Below, piece after piece: positions 8,442-16,702 of a stretch of 64,000 nt of DNA. The stretch lies in the IMG/VR virus record IMGVR_UViG_3300032246_001892, positions 1 through 64,000 of that record; one strand, written 5' to 3'. Each line of letters begins with the position of its first letter. The stretch's first letter is position 1. Position numbers and translations under genes: made by a program. This DNA is from a virus. Under the pieces are notes generated by a model. That model saw only the letters and a program-made list of their open reading frames with translations, was not told the DNA's origin and did not search any database.

Positions 8442-8740
8442 TGGATTTATTCGCAATTAATGAAAAAATAAAAGACGAAATGTTATTAAATCATAAGGCA
8501 TTTTTTGCCAAAACGATTTTCCTTTCTGCCGGTGCAGTTATTTTACCAGAGCCCTTTTACGAAACCACTGTCTTATGGGACAAAGAAGAAGATATAGAAA
8601 CTATTCAAAAAGCTGTTAAGAGTACTTCAAAACTTCAAAAGAAATTAAAAGATCATATGACTGAAATGATTTTTGAGTACAACCTGGGTCATCCAGCACT
8701 CGTTTGGGCTACATTTATTACACCAGAACCACCAATTTAA
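8441..8740 (+). CDS. Hypothetical protein
   Basis: TAATG coupling with the upstream ORF. Confidence 0.65.
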   Translation: MDLFAINEKIKDEMLLNHKAFFAKTIFLSAGAVILPEPFYETTVLWDKEEDIETIQKAVKSTSKLQKKLKDHMTEMIFEYNLGHPALVWATFITPEPPI

Positions 8741-8788
8741 AAACTTTGATAAATGGACTAATATTACATAAGTAGATTAAATTGACTT

Positions 8789-9196
8789 ATGAGTTCAGCT
8801 CCCGATATTGACCCAGTTGGTGAAAATTTTATAGAAAAACTTAATATTTTTGAAACAAGACATCGATCATTTATAAATTTAATTGTAAAGCCGATGATGA
8901 CAATGCTGATATTTTTGTCAGTGGGTTATTACACACTTTGGATGTCAACCAATTATGTCAAGCAGGATAAATTTGGGTCTTTCGTCGAAAAACAAATAGA
9001 GGCAGATAAAAGACAAGACGAAATAACAAAAAATAGATTTGAAGTTACACAGGTTAAATTAGAAACCATTATAAATCAACAAGTTGCCTACGGAGAACAA
9101 TTAAAAGCGTATAACCAGCTTTTATCAAACCAGCAAAAACAAATAGATTCTTTAGATAATAGAGTAATGTATCTGGAGAGAAAGAACACCCAATAG
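8789..9196 (+). CDS. Membrane-anchored coiled-coil protein
   Basis: One TM segment plus coiled coil. Confidence 0.7.
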   Translation: MSSAPDIDPVGENFIEKLNIFETRHRSFINLIVKPMMTMLIFLSVGYYTLWMSTNYVKQDKFGSFVEKQIEADKRQDEITKNRFEVTQVKLETIINQQVAYGEQLKAYNQLLSNQQKQIDSLDNRVMYLERKNTQ

Positions 9197-9211
9197 AGGT
9201 AAATAGGTCAT

Positions 9212-9394
9212 ATGCCTTACAAGATTAAAAAGATAAATGGGGGTTACAAAGTTTGTAAGACCTCCGGTAAATGTTTTAGTAAAAAACCTCTTTCAAAAAA
9301 GACAGCCGTGGCACAAAGAGCAGCCATAGCAATAAATGCTTACGAATCTTCTAAAGTTTCCTTAATTAAACTTATTGAAGACAATTTAACATAA
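9212..9394 (+). CDS. Small basic protein
   Basis: MPYKIKK..KCFSKKPLS; TAAATA motif upstream. Confidence 0.65.
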   Translation: MPYKIKKINGGYKVCKTSGKCFSKKPLSKKTAVAQRAAIAINAYESSKVSLIKLIEDNLT

Positions 9395-9621
9395 AGATAT
9401 AACATTGTGAAAAACAAAAGATTTTGTTATCGCAATGGTGTGGTGTTAATTGACACGCATCCACATCTTTTGTTAGGCCAAGTAGTAGAAATTATAGATG
9501 AAAGTGATAATGCCTTTAAAGTGAGGGTATGCCATAATAGTGTGGTCTTTGTAGTAAATAAAGAAAATATTTTAGTTAATTGATCTTGACTTAACCTAAT
9601 AATATATCATATATTAATTAT

Positions 9622-10017
9622 ATGATTCACGTAGCATTAGCTAATATTGAAAGTCAAGTAATCAAAGGAATGGTTCTTGAGGCTCCTGTTAATTCTATTG
9701 CCTATAACGATTTAGATATTCCAGTTTTAATTCAAGAAGGAGCCATATTCAAAGTTACTCATAATAACAGAGTTGGAGTCAATAGATATCGCATTAATCT
9801 GCAGGATATTAAGACTGGCGAGAAGCGTTATCAGATGAATTATGGTATTGGTAAGAATAATAAAGGCAATCCAGTTTGGTCTCGTAGGAAGGATCTAGAG
9901 AATCCAGAAGATATTCCTCTTTGCTATTCTTTGAAAACAAAAAATCCTCTTTTTAGAAAAGTTCCCGGAGAAAAAAGATATATCTTTACTAAATTAGATA
10001 CACCTATAAGATTTTAA
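9622..10017 (+). CDS. Hypothetical protein
   Basis: ORF behind a TTGACT..TATATT promoter-like sequence. Confidence 0.7.
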   Translation: MIHVALANIESQVIKGMVLEAPVNSIAYNDLDIPVLIQEGAIFKVTHNNRVGVNRYRINLQDIKTGEKRYQMNYGIGKNNKGNPVWSRRKDLENPEDIPLCYSLKTKNPLFRKVPGEKRYIFTKLDTPIRF

Positions 10018-10018
10018 T

Positions 10019-10092
10019 GCCTGGTTAGTTTAATGGTAAAACGGTTGATTTGTAATCATCAAACAAGAGTTCGATTCTCTTACTAGGCTCCA
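10019..10092 (+). tRNA. tRNA-Thr(TGT)
   Basis: Acceptor gcctggt/actaggc, anticodon loop TT-TGT-AA, TTCGATT T-loop, CCA encoded. Confidence 0.9.
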
Positions 10093-10130
10093 TTTTATAA
10101 AAATAGTCACCGATAGGATAAATATGATAT

Positions 10131-10580
10131 ATGAGTCCTACAGGCCTTAATATAACACAATATATTAATTTACGTAAAATAACTGGCAATGTTACATCTA
10201 CTTGTTGTTGTGGGAAACCCTTTACAAGGCAAAAACATAGAGCTGGTAAATACTGCAGTTTACAATGTTTAGCTGAAGCAAAAAAGCAAAAAGTTGGGGA
10301 ACAAAATATATCTTTGTTCAAAGAAGGTAAATTAACACATAGAAAAATTATAAAAAGAGTTATGCTAGCTATGGGAGTTGAACACAAATGTCAAATATGT
10401 GGACTAACTGAATGGTTAGATAAACCTATTTCAATGGTATTAGATCATATTAATGGTCGAGCGGATAATAATAGACCAGAAAATCTGCGACTTATTTGTC
10501 ATAATTGTGATTCTCAAACAGAACATTATAAAGGACGCAACAAAGGTAGAGGACGTAAATCATTGGGTTTAATTAAATAA
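10131..10580 (+). CDS. HNH endonuclease (free-standing homing type)
   Basis: CQICG..LDHINGRADNNRPENLRLICHNCDSQT. Confidence 0.9.
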   Translation: MSPTGLNITQYINLRKITGNVTSTCCCGKPFTRQKHRAGKYCSLQCLAEAKKQKVGEQNISLFKEGKLTHRKIIKRVMLAMGVEHKCQICGLTEWLDKPISMVLDHINGRADNNRPENLRLICHNCDSQTEHYKGRNKGRGRKSLGLIK

Positions 10581-10586
10581 AAGCTT

Positions 10587-10612
10587 CGTGAGTTCGAATC
10601 TCACCTCAGGCT
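10587..10612 (+). pseudogene. Orphan tRNA 3' fragment (T-arm plus acceptor 3' strand)
   Basis: gtgag-TTCGAAT-ctcac-ctcaggc-t; no matching 5' half seen upstream. Confidence 0.8.
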
Positions 10613-10792
10613 CTCTTACCGCAATTAAGGGGGATAAGTATATATGTGTTGGATCCATTAGAGGCTGCAATGACTGGGTTGATGTTACTCCCGTTTGTAA
10701 TTTGTTATACAATCTTTTTAATAATCAAATATTCACGTAAGATTCTTCTTGCAATTTCTCGTAAGGTGTTTTAATATACATCATAGCAATAA

Positions 10793-10806
10793 GTCCTCAT
10801 AGTGTA
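10793..10806 (+). pseudogene. Orphan tRNA 5' stub
   Basis: gtcctca-TAGTGTA, after a promoter-like sequence and fused directly to tRNA-Glu, which begins gctcctg-TAGTGTA. Confidence 0.5.
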
Positions 10807-10884
10807 GCTCCTGTAGTGTAATTGGTTAACACATCCCCCTTTCACGGGGAAGACTTACGGGTTCGAACCCCGTCAGGAGTACCA
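10807..10884 (+). tRNA. tRNA-Glu(TTC)
   Basis: tcccc-CT-TTC-AC-gggga; acceptor gctcctg/caggagt; CCA. Confidence 0.92.
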
Positions 10885-10933
10885 TATAATTTATACAGAA
10901 GCTTACAGAAGTGATAAAGGAAGAAAATTGAAC

Positions 10934-11021
10934 GGAGCGATGCCTGAGAGGTTTAAAGGAGAATTCTACTAAAATTCCGAGGTCTAATACACCTCCGTGG
11001 GTTCGAATCCCACTCGCTCTT
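10934..11021 (+). tRNA. tRNA-Ser(ACT), class II, rare A34 anticodon
   Basis: ggagcga/tcgctct; gaatt-CT-ACT-AA-aattc; variable stem gaggt/acctc; gtggg-TTCGAAT-cccac. Confidence 0.85.
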
Positions 11022-11024
11022 AAT

Positions 11025-11116
11025 GGCAGGTTGGTAGAGTCTGGTTTATTGCACCGCACTTGAAATGCGGAGAACTTTTATCGGTTCCGTGGGTTCGAAT
11101 CCCACACCTGCTTCCA
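11025..11116 (+). tRNA. tRNA-Ser(TGA)
   Basis: ccgca-CT-TGA-AA-tgcgg; long variable arm; CCA. Confidence 0.92.
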
Positions 11117-11122
11117 TTTTTT

Positions 11123-11194
11123 GCCTGATGAGACAGCAAGAGAAGTCCACGGTCTGCAAAACCGTTATGTTCGGAGCGTTACCGAAATCAGGCT
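11123..11194 (+). tRNA. tRNA-Cys(GCA), atypical T-loop
   Basis: gcctgat/atcaggc; acggt-CT-GCA-AA-accgt; ttcgg-AGCGTTA-ccgaa. Confidence 0.8.
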
Positions 11195-11238
11195 CATTTT
11201 TTATGATTTTTAGACCCTTGCTTAGTAAGTATATGTAT

Positions 11239-11853
11239 ATGAATAATTTTTACTATCTATACAAAATAACCAATTTAATTAATAAAAAATATTATATAGG
11301 TGTCCATAGTACTAATAATTTAGATGATGGGTATATGGGATCTGGAAAATTGATATTAAAAGCTATAAAAAAATATGGAAACAAAAATTTTAAAAAAGAA
11401 ATATTAGAGTGGTTTAATACAGAAGAAGAAATGTACAAAAAAGAAATTGAAATTGTTAATGAAGAATTCGTAAATGATAAAACAAACTACAATGTCAAGC
11501 TTGGCGGGCCAGCTAATTTTTATTATATAAATAAAAACAAATTAAACCATAAAAAAAATCAACACTTAATACATGCTAACAAATTAAAATCTGATCCAGA
11601 ATATAGAAAAAGATTTGTTGAAAAAATGAAAAATGCCTTATCAAAGGAAAAGCGATTAGAGTATAGCAAAAGGATGAAAGAGAATAATTGTAATAGAAAT
11701 AGATTTTGGATATCAAACGATTTTTATAAAAAATCTAAAATGGTAACACAAGAACAGTTTGATGTTCTGTTAAATCAAAATTGGTATAAGGGTGTAAAAT
11801 ATAGAAAGAATAGATCGGTTCAAATCCAGTCCGGCGCTCCATATATGGGGTAA
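11239..11853 (+). CDS. GIY-YIG (Seg-like) homing endonuclease; start at 11233 or 11239, not 11065
   Basis: YLYKITNLINKKYYIGVHST..DGYMGSG..YNVKLGG; the track's N-terminal extension is translated tRNA sequence. Confidence 0.9.
   Translation: MNNFYYLYKITNLINKKYYIGVHSTNNLDDGYMGSGKLILKAIKKYGNKNFKKEILEWFNTEEEMYKKEIEIVNEEFVNDKTNYNVKLGGPANFYYINKNKLNHKKNQHLIHANKLKSDPEYRKRFVEKMKNALSKEKRLEYSKRMKENNCNRNRFWISNDFYKKSKMVTQEQFDVLLNQNWYKGVKYRKNRSVQIQSGAPYMG
11817..11841 (+). pseudogene. Orphan tRNA 3' fragment inside the end of the GIY-YIG ORF
   Basis: gg-TTCAAAT-ccagt-ccggcgc-t-CCA. Confidence 0.75.
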
Positions 11854-11861
11854 GTATTAAT

Positions 11862-12215
11862 ATGTTTACAAGAATTAAAGACGCTCTTCAAGGCAAAGCT
11901 CCTATAACAGCTTCACGTTCCCCTAAATGGGCTGGTGTGAGAGAAAGTCATTTAAAACAACATCCTACTTGTGCAGTATGTGAAGGAAACGAAAATCTTA
12001 ATGTTCATCATATTAAACCCTTTCACTTACATCCAGAATTAGAATTAGAACCCACTAATCTTGTAACTCTTTGTGAATGTGAAAAACATGGTGTAAATTG
12101 CCATTTGCTTATAGGTCATATAGGTAATTTTCACAATATTAATCCTCATGTATTAGAAGATATTCCAATTTGGAACGAGAGATTAAAAGAAAAAAACGAT
12201 AACCCAGACGTATAG
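11862..12215 (+). CDS. HNH endonuclease
   Basis: CAVC..VHHIKP..NLVTLC..CHLLIGH. Confidence 0.85.
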   Translation: MFTRIKDALQGKAPITASRSPKWAGVRESHLKQHPTCAVCEGNENLNVHHIKPFHLHPELELEPTNLVTLCECEKHGVNCHLLIGHIGNFHNINPHVLEDIPIWNERLKEKNDNPDV

Positions 12216-12255
12216 TCATTGCTTTATCAGCTAAAACGTATTAATATAAATAATA

Positions 12256-12329
12256 CGTGATGTAGCCCAATGGTTAAGGCGCCTGGTTTGGGACCAGGAG
12301 ATTTGAGAGTTCGAGTCTCTCCATCACGA
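12256..12329 (+). tRNA. tRNA-Pro(TGG)
   Basis: cgtgatg/catcacg; cctgg-TT-TGG-GA-ccagg. Confidence 0.92.
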
Positions 12330-12339
12330 TAAAGTTCAT

Positions 12340-12415
12340 TCCTCGGTAGCTCAATTGGTAGAGCATGCGACTGTTAATCGCAGGGTTGCTGGATCGTACC
12401 CAGCCCGGGGAGCCA
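12340..12415 (+). tRNA. tRNA-Asn(GTT)
   Basis: tgcga-CT-GTT-AA-tcgca; T-loop ATCGTAC; CCA. Confidence 0.9.
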
Positions 12416-12476
12416 CTTTTAAAAACAATAATTTAATCTATTTGATTTAACTATCTAAATCCCTTATAATAAAAAC

Positions 12477-13472
12477 ATGATTGAATATGTAGACATCATC
12501 GTGGGTCTTGCTTGGGGTGATGAAGGTAAAGGTAAAATCTCAAGTGCTCTTGCAGAGAACTATGATATGGTATGTCGTTGGAACGGAGGTCCTAATGCAG
12601 GGCATACTGTTTACATAGATAATAAAAAATACAAGACGCATCTTATCCCATCTGGAGTGTTTCATGGTAAGCCTTCTATCATCGGTCCTAATTGTGTAAT
12701 AAATCTTGAAAAATTTAATGAAGAATTAATTTATCTTGATGATAATGGATTTGATGCAAGTTTAGTAAAAGTGCATCCCAACGCTCACATTATTACAGAA
12801 GATCATATTCAATATGATTTAAATTATCTTAAACCTAAATTAGGAACTACTGGACAGGGTATAGCTCCTTGTTATGCAGATAAAGCAAATAGAGTTGGTA
12901 TTCAAGCATGGACTCAATTAGATAAAAAATATATATGGGACATGAAGTTGAAAGGTAAGATTCTTTGTGAAGGAGCGCAAAGCATTTGGCTTGATATTAA
13001 TTGGGGAGATTATCCTTATGTAACAAGCAGTGAGACATTTCCTCATAATGCATGCTCTCTTGGATTCTCGCCAAAGAAGATTCGAGACATTATAGGTGTA
13101 GCAAAAATTTACGATACTAAAAGTGGTGTAGATCCTTTATTCCCCGAGACTCTCTGGGATGATCCAATTCTTAATAAGATCATAGAGATTGGCAATGAAA
13201 AGGGAACCACCACCGGAAGAAAGCGAATTGTTAATTGGTTGAATGTATCAAAACTTATTAATGCAATTAATCTTTCAGGTGTTAATAAATTAATCATTAA
13301 CAAATGTGATGTATTAGATCAAGTAGGAGAGTTTAAATTATATCATAAAAATGGATTTATGACTTTTGAACATTTACATGCTTTGCAAGTATGGTTAGAA
13401 ATTTTTATCATAGAAGCTACAGAAATCAAAAGAAAAGATATTGTATTTTCTGGAGACGTGACTAAGATATGA
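12477..13472 (+). CDS. purA: Adenylosuccinate synthetase (short form)
   Basis: WGDEGKGK, GGPNAGHT, GTTGQGI, EGAQ, GTTTGRKR, NKCD. Confidence 0.92.
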   Translation: MIEYVDIIVGLAWGDEGKGKISSALAENYDMVCRWNGGPNAGHTVYIDNKKYKTHLIPSGVFHGKPSIIGPNCVINLEKFNEELIYLDDNGFDASLVKVHPNAHIITEDHIQYDLNYLKPKLGTTGQGIAPCYADKANRVGIQAWTQLDKKYIWDMKLKGKILCEGAQSIWLDINWGDYPYVTSSETFPHNACSLGFSPKKIRDIIGVAKIYDTKSGVDPLFPETLWDDPILNKIIEIGNEKGTTTGRKRIVNWLNVSKLINAINLSGVNKLIINKCDVLDQVGEFKLYHKNGFMTFEHLHALQVWLEIFIIEATEIKRKDIVFSGDVTKI

Positions 13473-13478
13473 AAGCAA

Positions 13479-13551
13479 TACGGAGTAGCTCAATTGGTAG
13501 AGCAGCAGAATTTGGATCTGCTGGTTCTAGGTTCGATTCCTAGCTCCGTAG
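13479..13551 (+). tRNA. tRNA-Gln(TTG)
   Basis: tacggag/ctccgta; gcaga-AT-TTG-GA-tctgc. Confidence 0.88.
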
Positions 13552-13594
13552 CTTTTTTATTGATATTCCTGATTAATTAATTTAATATATACAC

Positions 13595-13951
13595 ATGAAT
13601 GAAGAACAAAAAGTGATTGTTATTACTATGATGGAATCGTATACCACTTACGAAAATCATGGCACACTTAAGATTGATTTAGAAAATTGGGTAGAACTTG
13701 ATGGCAAGGATAAAAATGAAATTGCAGAATGGTTAAATAATAATTCTGATAATCTTTTTGTTGATACAACTACCGGTGAGATTAAAAGAGATCAATTTTA
13801 TAAATATGATCAAGAAGAATTGGATGATATGTTAGTAAACGGAGAAGAAAAAGAAGTTGATGAAGATATTATTCCTTTATATGAATATCGGCAGAACACA
13901 GAAGTAATCTCAGATAGAATTAAAAACGAACAGAAATATCTTTATATTTAA
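13595..13951 (+). CDS. Acidic hypothetical protein
   Basis: D/E-rich ORF behind a promoter-like sequence. Confidence 0.7.
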   Translation: MNEEQKVIVITMMESYTTYENHGTLKIDLENWVELDGKDKNEIAEWLNNNSDNLFVDTTTGEIKRDQFYKYDQEELDDMLVNGEEKEVDEDIIPLYEYRQNTEVISDRIKNEQKYLYI

Positions 13952-13958
13952 AATAAAT

Positions 13959-14041
13959 GGGTCGGTACCGAAGTGGCCAAACGGGGAGCTCTGTAAAAGC
14001 TTTGTCATTCGACTTCGAAGGTTCGAATCCTTCCCGGCCCA
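13959..14041 (+). tRNA. tRNA-Tyr(GTA)
   Basis: gggtcgg/ccggccc; gagct-CT-GTA-AA-agctt; long variable arm. Confidence 0.92.
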
Positions 14042-14093
14042 CATTAAATAATATTATTTACAAAAAAAATGTAAATCCATGGTAAGTAATTAC

Positions 14094-14474
14094 ATGGAAA
14101 AAACATGCACTCAATGTAAACAAACAAAATCAATAGACTCCTTTACGAAAAAGAAGAGTAAAATAGGAAAATATTATAGTTGGTGTAAAGTATGTTTGAG
14201 CATATACAATCGTAAGAAGTTTAAAAACAGAAAACAAGAAATATTAGATATATTAAAAATTAAAGAATGTGTTAGATGTGGATATAAAAAGTATTTAGGG
14301 GCTTTAGAATTTCACCATGAAAAGGGGGATAAAAAATTTAATTTATCTAAAAATCAATCAATAGAACGAAGTATAGAAGAAGCAAAAAAATGTATAGTTT
14401 TATGCTCTAATTGTCACAAAGAAGAACATTATTTTTTACATAATAAAAAACGCCCACCATTTTATGAAAATTAA
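14094..14474 (+). CDS. HNH endonuclease with N-terminal Zn finger
   Basis: CTQC..CKVC; CVRCGY..LEFHH..KCIVLCSNCHKEEH. Confidence 0.85.
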   Translation: MEKTCTQCKQTKSIDSFTKKKSKIGKYYSWCKVCLSIYNRKKFKNRKQEILDILKIKECVRCGYKKYLGALEFHHEKGDKKFNLSKNQSIERSIEEAKKCIVLCSNCHKEEHYFLHNKKRPPFYEN

Positions 14475-15141
14475 AACAGATCTCACAAAAATATGTGACG
14501 GAATTTATCTATGTGAAATGGATAATAGATATGATCTTGCAATGACTTTTTGTAGAGTACAAGAATTTTATGAGTCTGCTTTTAAAGAAATAAGAGGTAA
14601 AAGTTTTTCTATGATGAAATTCCAAAGATTATATTCTTTGAAACGGGAAGGTTGTTTTTCATATCCACTAGATTGGGCAGGATTCAATATCCCAAGTAGT
14701 ATATTGGAAAAGTTTTATAAGGGAGATTGGATGTCTAATGACTGGAATGAATATGATGGTGTCTTTAAAAAAATTGTGAATCAAATAGGCGAAGATAAAC
14801 CATTTTATTTAATTGCTTCAGAAAAGAATCAAAAACAAACCGTAGATCATGAGTTATGCCATGCTTTTTATAATTTAAATAAGGATTATAAAAGTAGTGT
14901 TGATAAAATGATTAATAGTATTCCCAAGACTCTTCTCAATAAAATGAAGAAGGTTCTTAAAGATACCGGCTACTGTGATAGAGTGATGAAAGACGAGATA
15001 CAGGCATACCTTTCCTGTGACCATAATTATTTTTCACACCAAGGACGTTTGTCTGATATAGATGATAAAAGAATAGAAAAATTTGAAAAGTTATTTCAAA
15101 ACCATTTTAACAAACACATATCCCTAAATATAACAAAATGA
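14464..15141 (+). CDS. Hypothetical protein with HExxH motif
   Basis: HELCH...DEIQAY. Confidence 0.65.
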   Translation: MKIKTDLTKICDGIYLCEMDNRYDLAMTFCRVQEFYESAFKEIRGKSFSMMKFQRLYSLKREGCFSYPLDWAGFNIPSSILEKFYKGDWMSNDWNEYDGVFKKIVNQIGEDKPFYLIASEKNQKQTVDHELCHAFYNLNKDYKSSVDKMINSIPKTLLNKMKKVLKDTGYCDRVMKDEIQAYLSCDHNYFSHQGRLSDIDDKRIEKFEKLFQNHFNKHISLNITK

Positions 15142-16301
15142 ATTTTAAAGATTTCTACAATAATGAAGAGGGGTATATGGTTCTCCTTAAAGACATACCG
15201 GTAAGCGAGGCTCTTTCTTATCACTTAAAACATAAATTAACTTTATGTGAAAACCACTTTAGAATATATTCTAAAGCATATTTTGATTTAATTGCTGAAG
15301 CAAGAGATCTTTATAATAGGAATCTTTTATCTTTAAATGATGAAGATGCAGAAATGGTAGAGTCAAATCTAGGAGAAAAGGCATTATATGAAGGAAGAGA
15401 AGTGTTTTTAGAGGCTCCTCTTACATTCAATGAAGATGTAATAACGGAAGCGATCGCGGTTATTCCTCATAATTCAATTCATACCAAAATCTTTGTTGAT
15501 ATGGATGGCGTGCTTTGTGATCTATATAATGTAGTGGCTTCAGAATTGAACATCCCTCTTGAAGAATTGACTCCTGGGGATTATGCTGGATTTTTCAAAT
15601 CTCATGCTGATGATGCAGATGATGTTTTTGCTAATTTGCCAAAATACGAATCAGCAGATTTCTTAATTAAAATAGTCAATGATTTAGCAGGAGAATATCG
15701 TATTTGCTCCGCTCAACTTAAAAATCACGATTCGACAAAAGTGATATCTGGAAAGAATCAATGGCTTGATAATAATTTAGAGGATCAGCCAGTTGAGAGA
15801 ATTTTTACCAGGGAAAAATATAAACATGCTACTACAGACGGCAAACCTAATATTTTAATTGATGATTGGAAAGAAAATATCAATGATTGGAATGATGCCG
15901 GCGGAATAGGAATTCTTTATTCAGCTGAGAGAGATGGTCTAGATACTTTAATAGAGAAATTATTAGAAGCTAAAGAACTTCTTGACAATAGATATAAAGG
16001 TGTGGTCATGACTGAAGCCAAAGTACATGGTAAAAATGTAAAGCTTAATAAACCCTTTAGAACTCCAGGAGGTCCTAAGAAGTTTGCAGTTTATGTAAAA
16101 ACTCCTAAAGGCACAGTTAAGAAAGTTACATTCGGAGATCCTAATATGAGAGTTCGTAATGCTAGTAAAGCAAGAGCGAAGTCTTTTAGAGCAAGACATA
16201 AATGTTCTCAGAAAAAGGATAGAACGACTGCTGGGTATTGGAGCTGTAATGTATCAAGATATAGAAAAGCATTAGGGTTAAAATCAACAAGAGCCTGGTA
16301 A
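15138..16301 (+). CDS. Fusion: phage protein with an internal HAD 5'(3')-deoxyribonucleotidase domain
   Basis: IFVDMDGVLCD..K.QWL..NILIDDW..N..W..AGGIGI in the middle; C-terminal KLNKPFRTPGGPKKFAVYVK..SFRARHKC..GYWSC. Confidence 0.75.
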   Translation: MNFKDFYNNEEGYMVLLKDIPVSEALSYHLKHKLTLCENHFRIYSKAYFDLIAEARDLYNRNLLSLNDEDAEMVESNLGEKALYEGREVFLEAPLTFNEDVITEAIAVIPHNSIHTKIFVDMDGVLCDLYNVVASELNIPLEELTPGDYAGFFKSHADDADDVFANLPKYESADFLIKIVNDLAGEYRICSAQLKNHDSTKVISGKNQWLDNNLEDQPVERIFTREKYKHATTDGKPNILIDDWKENINDWNDAGGIGILYSAERDGLDTLIEKLLEAKELLDNRYKGVVMTEAKVHGKNVKLNKPFRTPGGPKKFAVYVKTPKGTVKKVTFGDPNMRVRNASKARAKSFRARHKCSQKKDRTTAGYWSCNVSRYRKALGLKSTRAW

Positions 16302-16564
16302 TGAGTCAACCTTATCAAGAAGAAATAATTTCTAGTAAAGAAGTTATTAGGAATTTCTCAGAAACTTTAGACGAGGAAGATCTGAAGTGGCACTTTGACA
16401 ACGAAGATAGAGTCGTTGAAGTTTTAGAACCAACGGACTGGCTTATTCAATTTGATAATCTATTGCCCGAATCTATAGAAGGTACATTATATATCCCAGC
16501 AGGAGTTTATCATAGAGTTATAAAAGGAACAAAAGATTTTAAAATAAAAATTAAAAAATCTTGA
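16301..16564 (+). CDS. Cupin-like protein
   Basis: WHFD..E..IPAGVYHRVIKG. Confidence 0.65.
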   Translation: MSQPYQEEIISSKEVIRNFSETLDEEDLKWHFDNEDRVVEVLEPTDWLIQFDNLLPESIEGTLYIPAGVYHRVIKGTKDFKIKIKKS

Positions 16565-16600
16565 TCTTTCTGCAAAGGCGTGTTAATATAATCATGTCAA

Positions 16601-16620
16601 GCACGAGTAGCTTAGCGGTA
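16601..16620 (+). pseudogene. tRNA 5' stub complementary to the 3' end at 17572-17582
   Basis: gcacgag-TA-GCTTAGCGGTA; gcacgag pairs with ctcgtgt. Confidence 0.8.
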
Positions 16621-16628
16621 TAAAATAT

Positions 16629-16702
16629 GGGGATTTAGTTAAAAAGTATAACGCCTGATTTACACTCAGGAGTCGTTGGAGCATTACCATCAGTCCCTAC
16701 CA
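16629..16702 (+). tRNA. tRNA-Val(TAC), atypical T-loop
   Basis: ggggatt/agtccct; cctga-TT-TAC-AC-tcagg; T-loop AGCATTA; CCA. Confidence 0.8.

Noticed and set aside
10025-11232. Track ORFs 10025-10387, 10826-11059 and the N-terminal extension 11065-11232
   Set aside because: Antisense to, or translations of, tRNA and HNH genes
12477-13472. PurZ (2-aminoadenine genome)
   Set aside because: The catalytic position is Asp (GDEGKG) as in PurA, not Ser; a GTP-type NKCD motif is present; no DatZ/MazZ-like neighbour was seen
10019-14474. Group I introns within tRNAs carrying the nucleases
   Set aside because: The upstream tRNAs are complete, the remnants do not pair with an adjacent 5' half, and the spacers are too short for a ribozyme core
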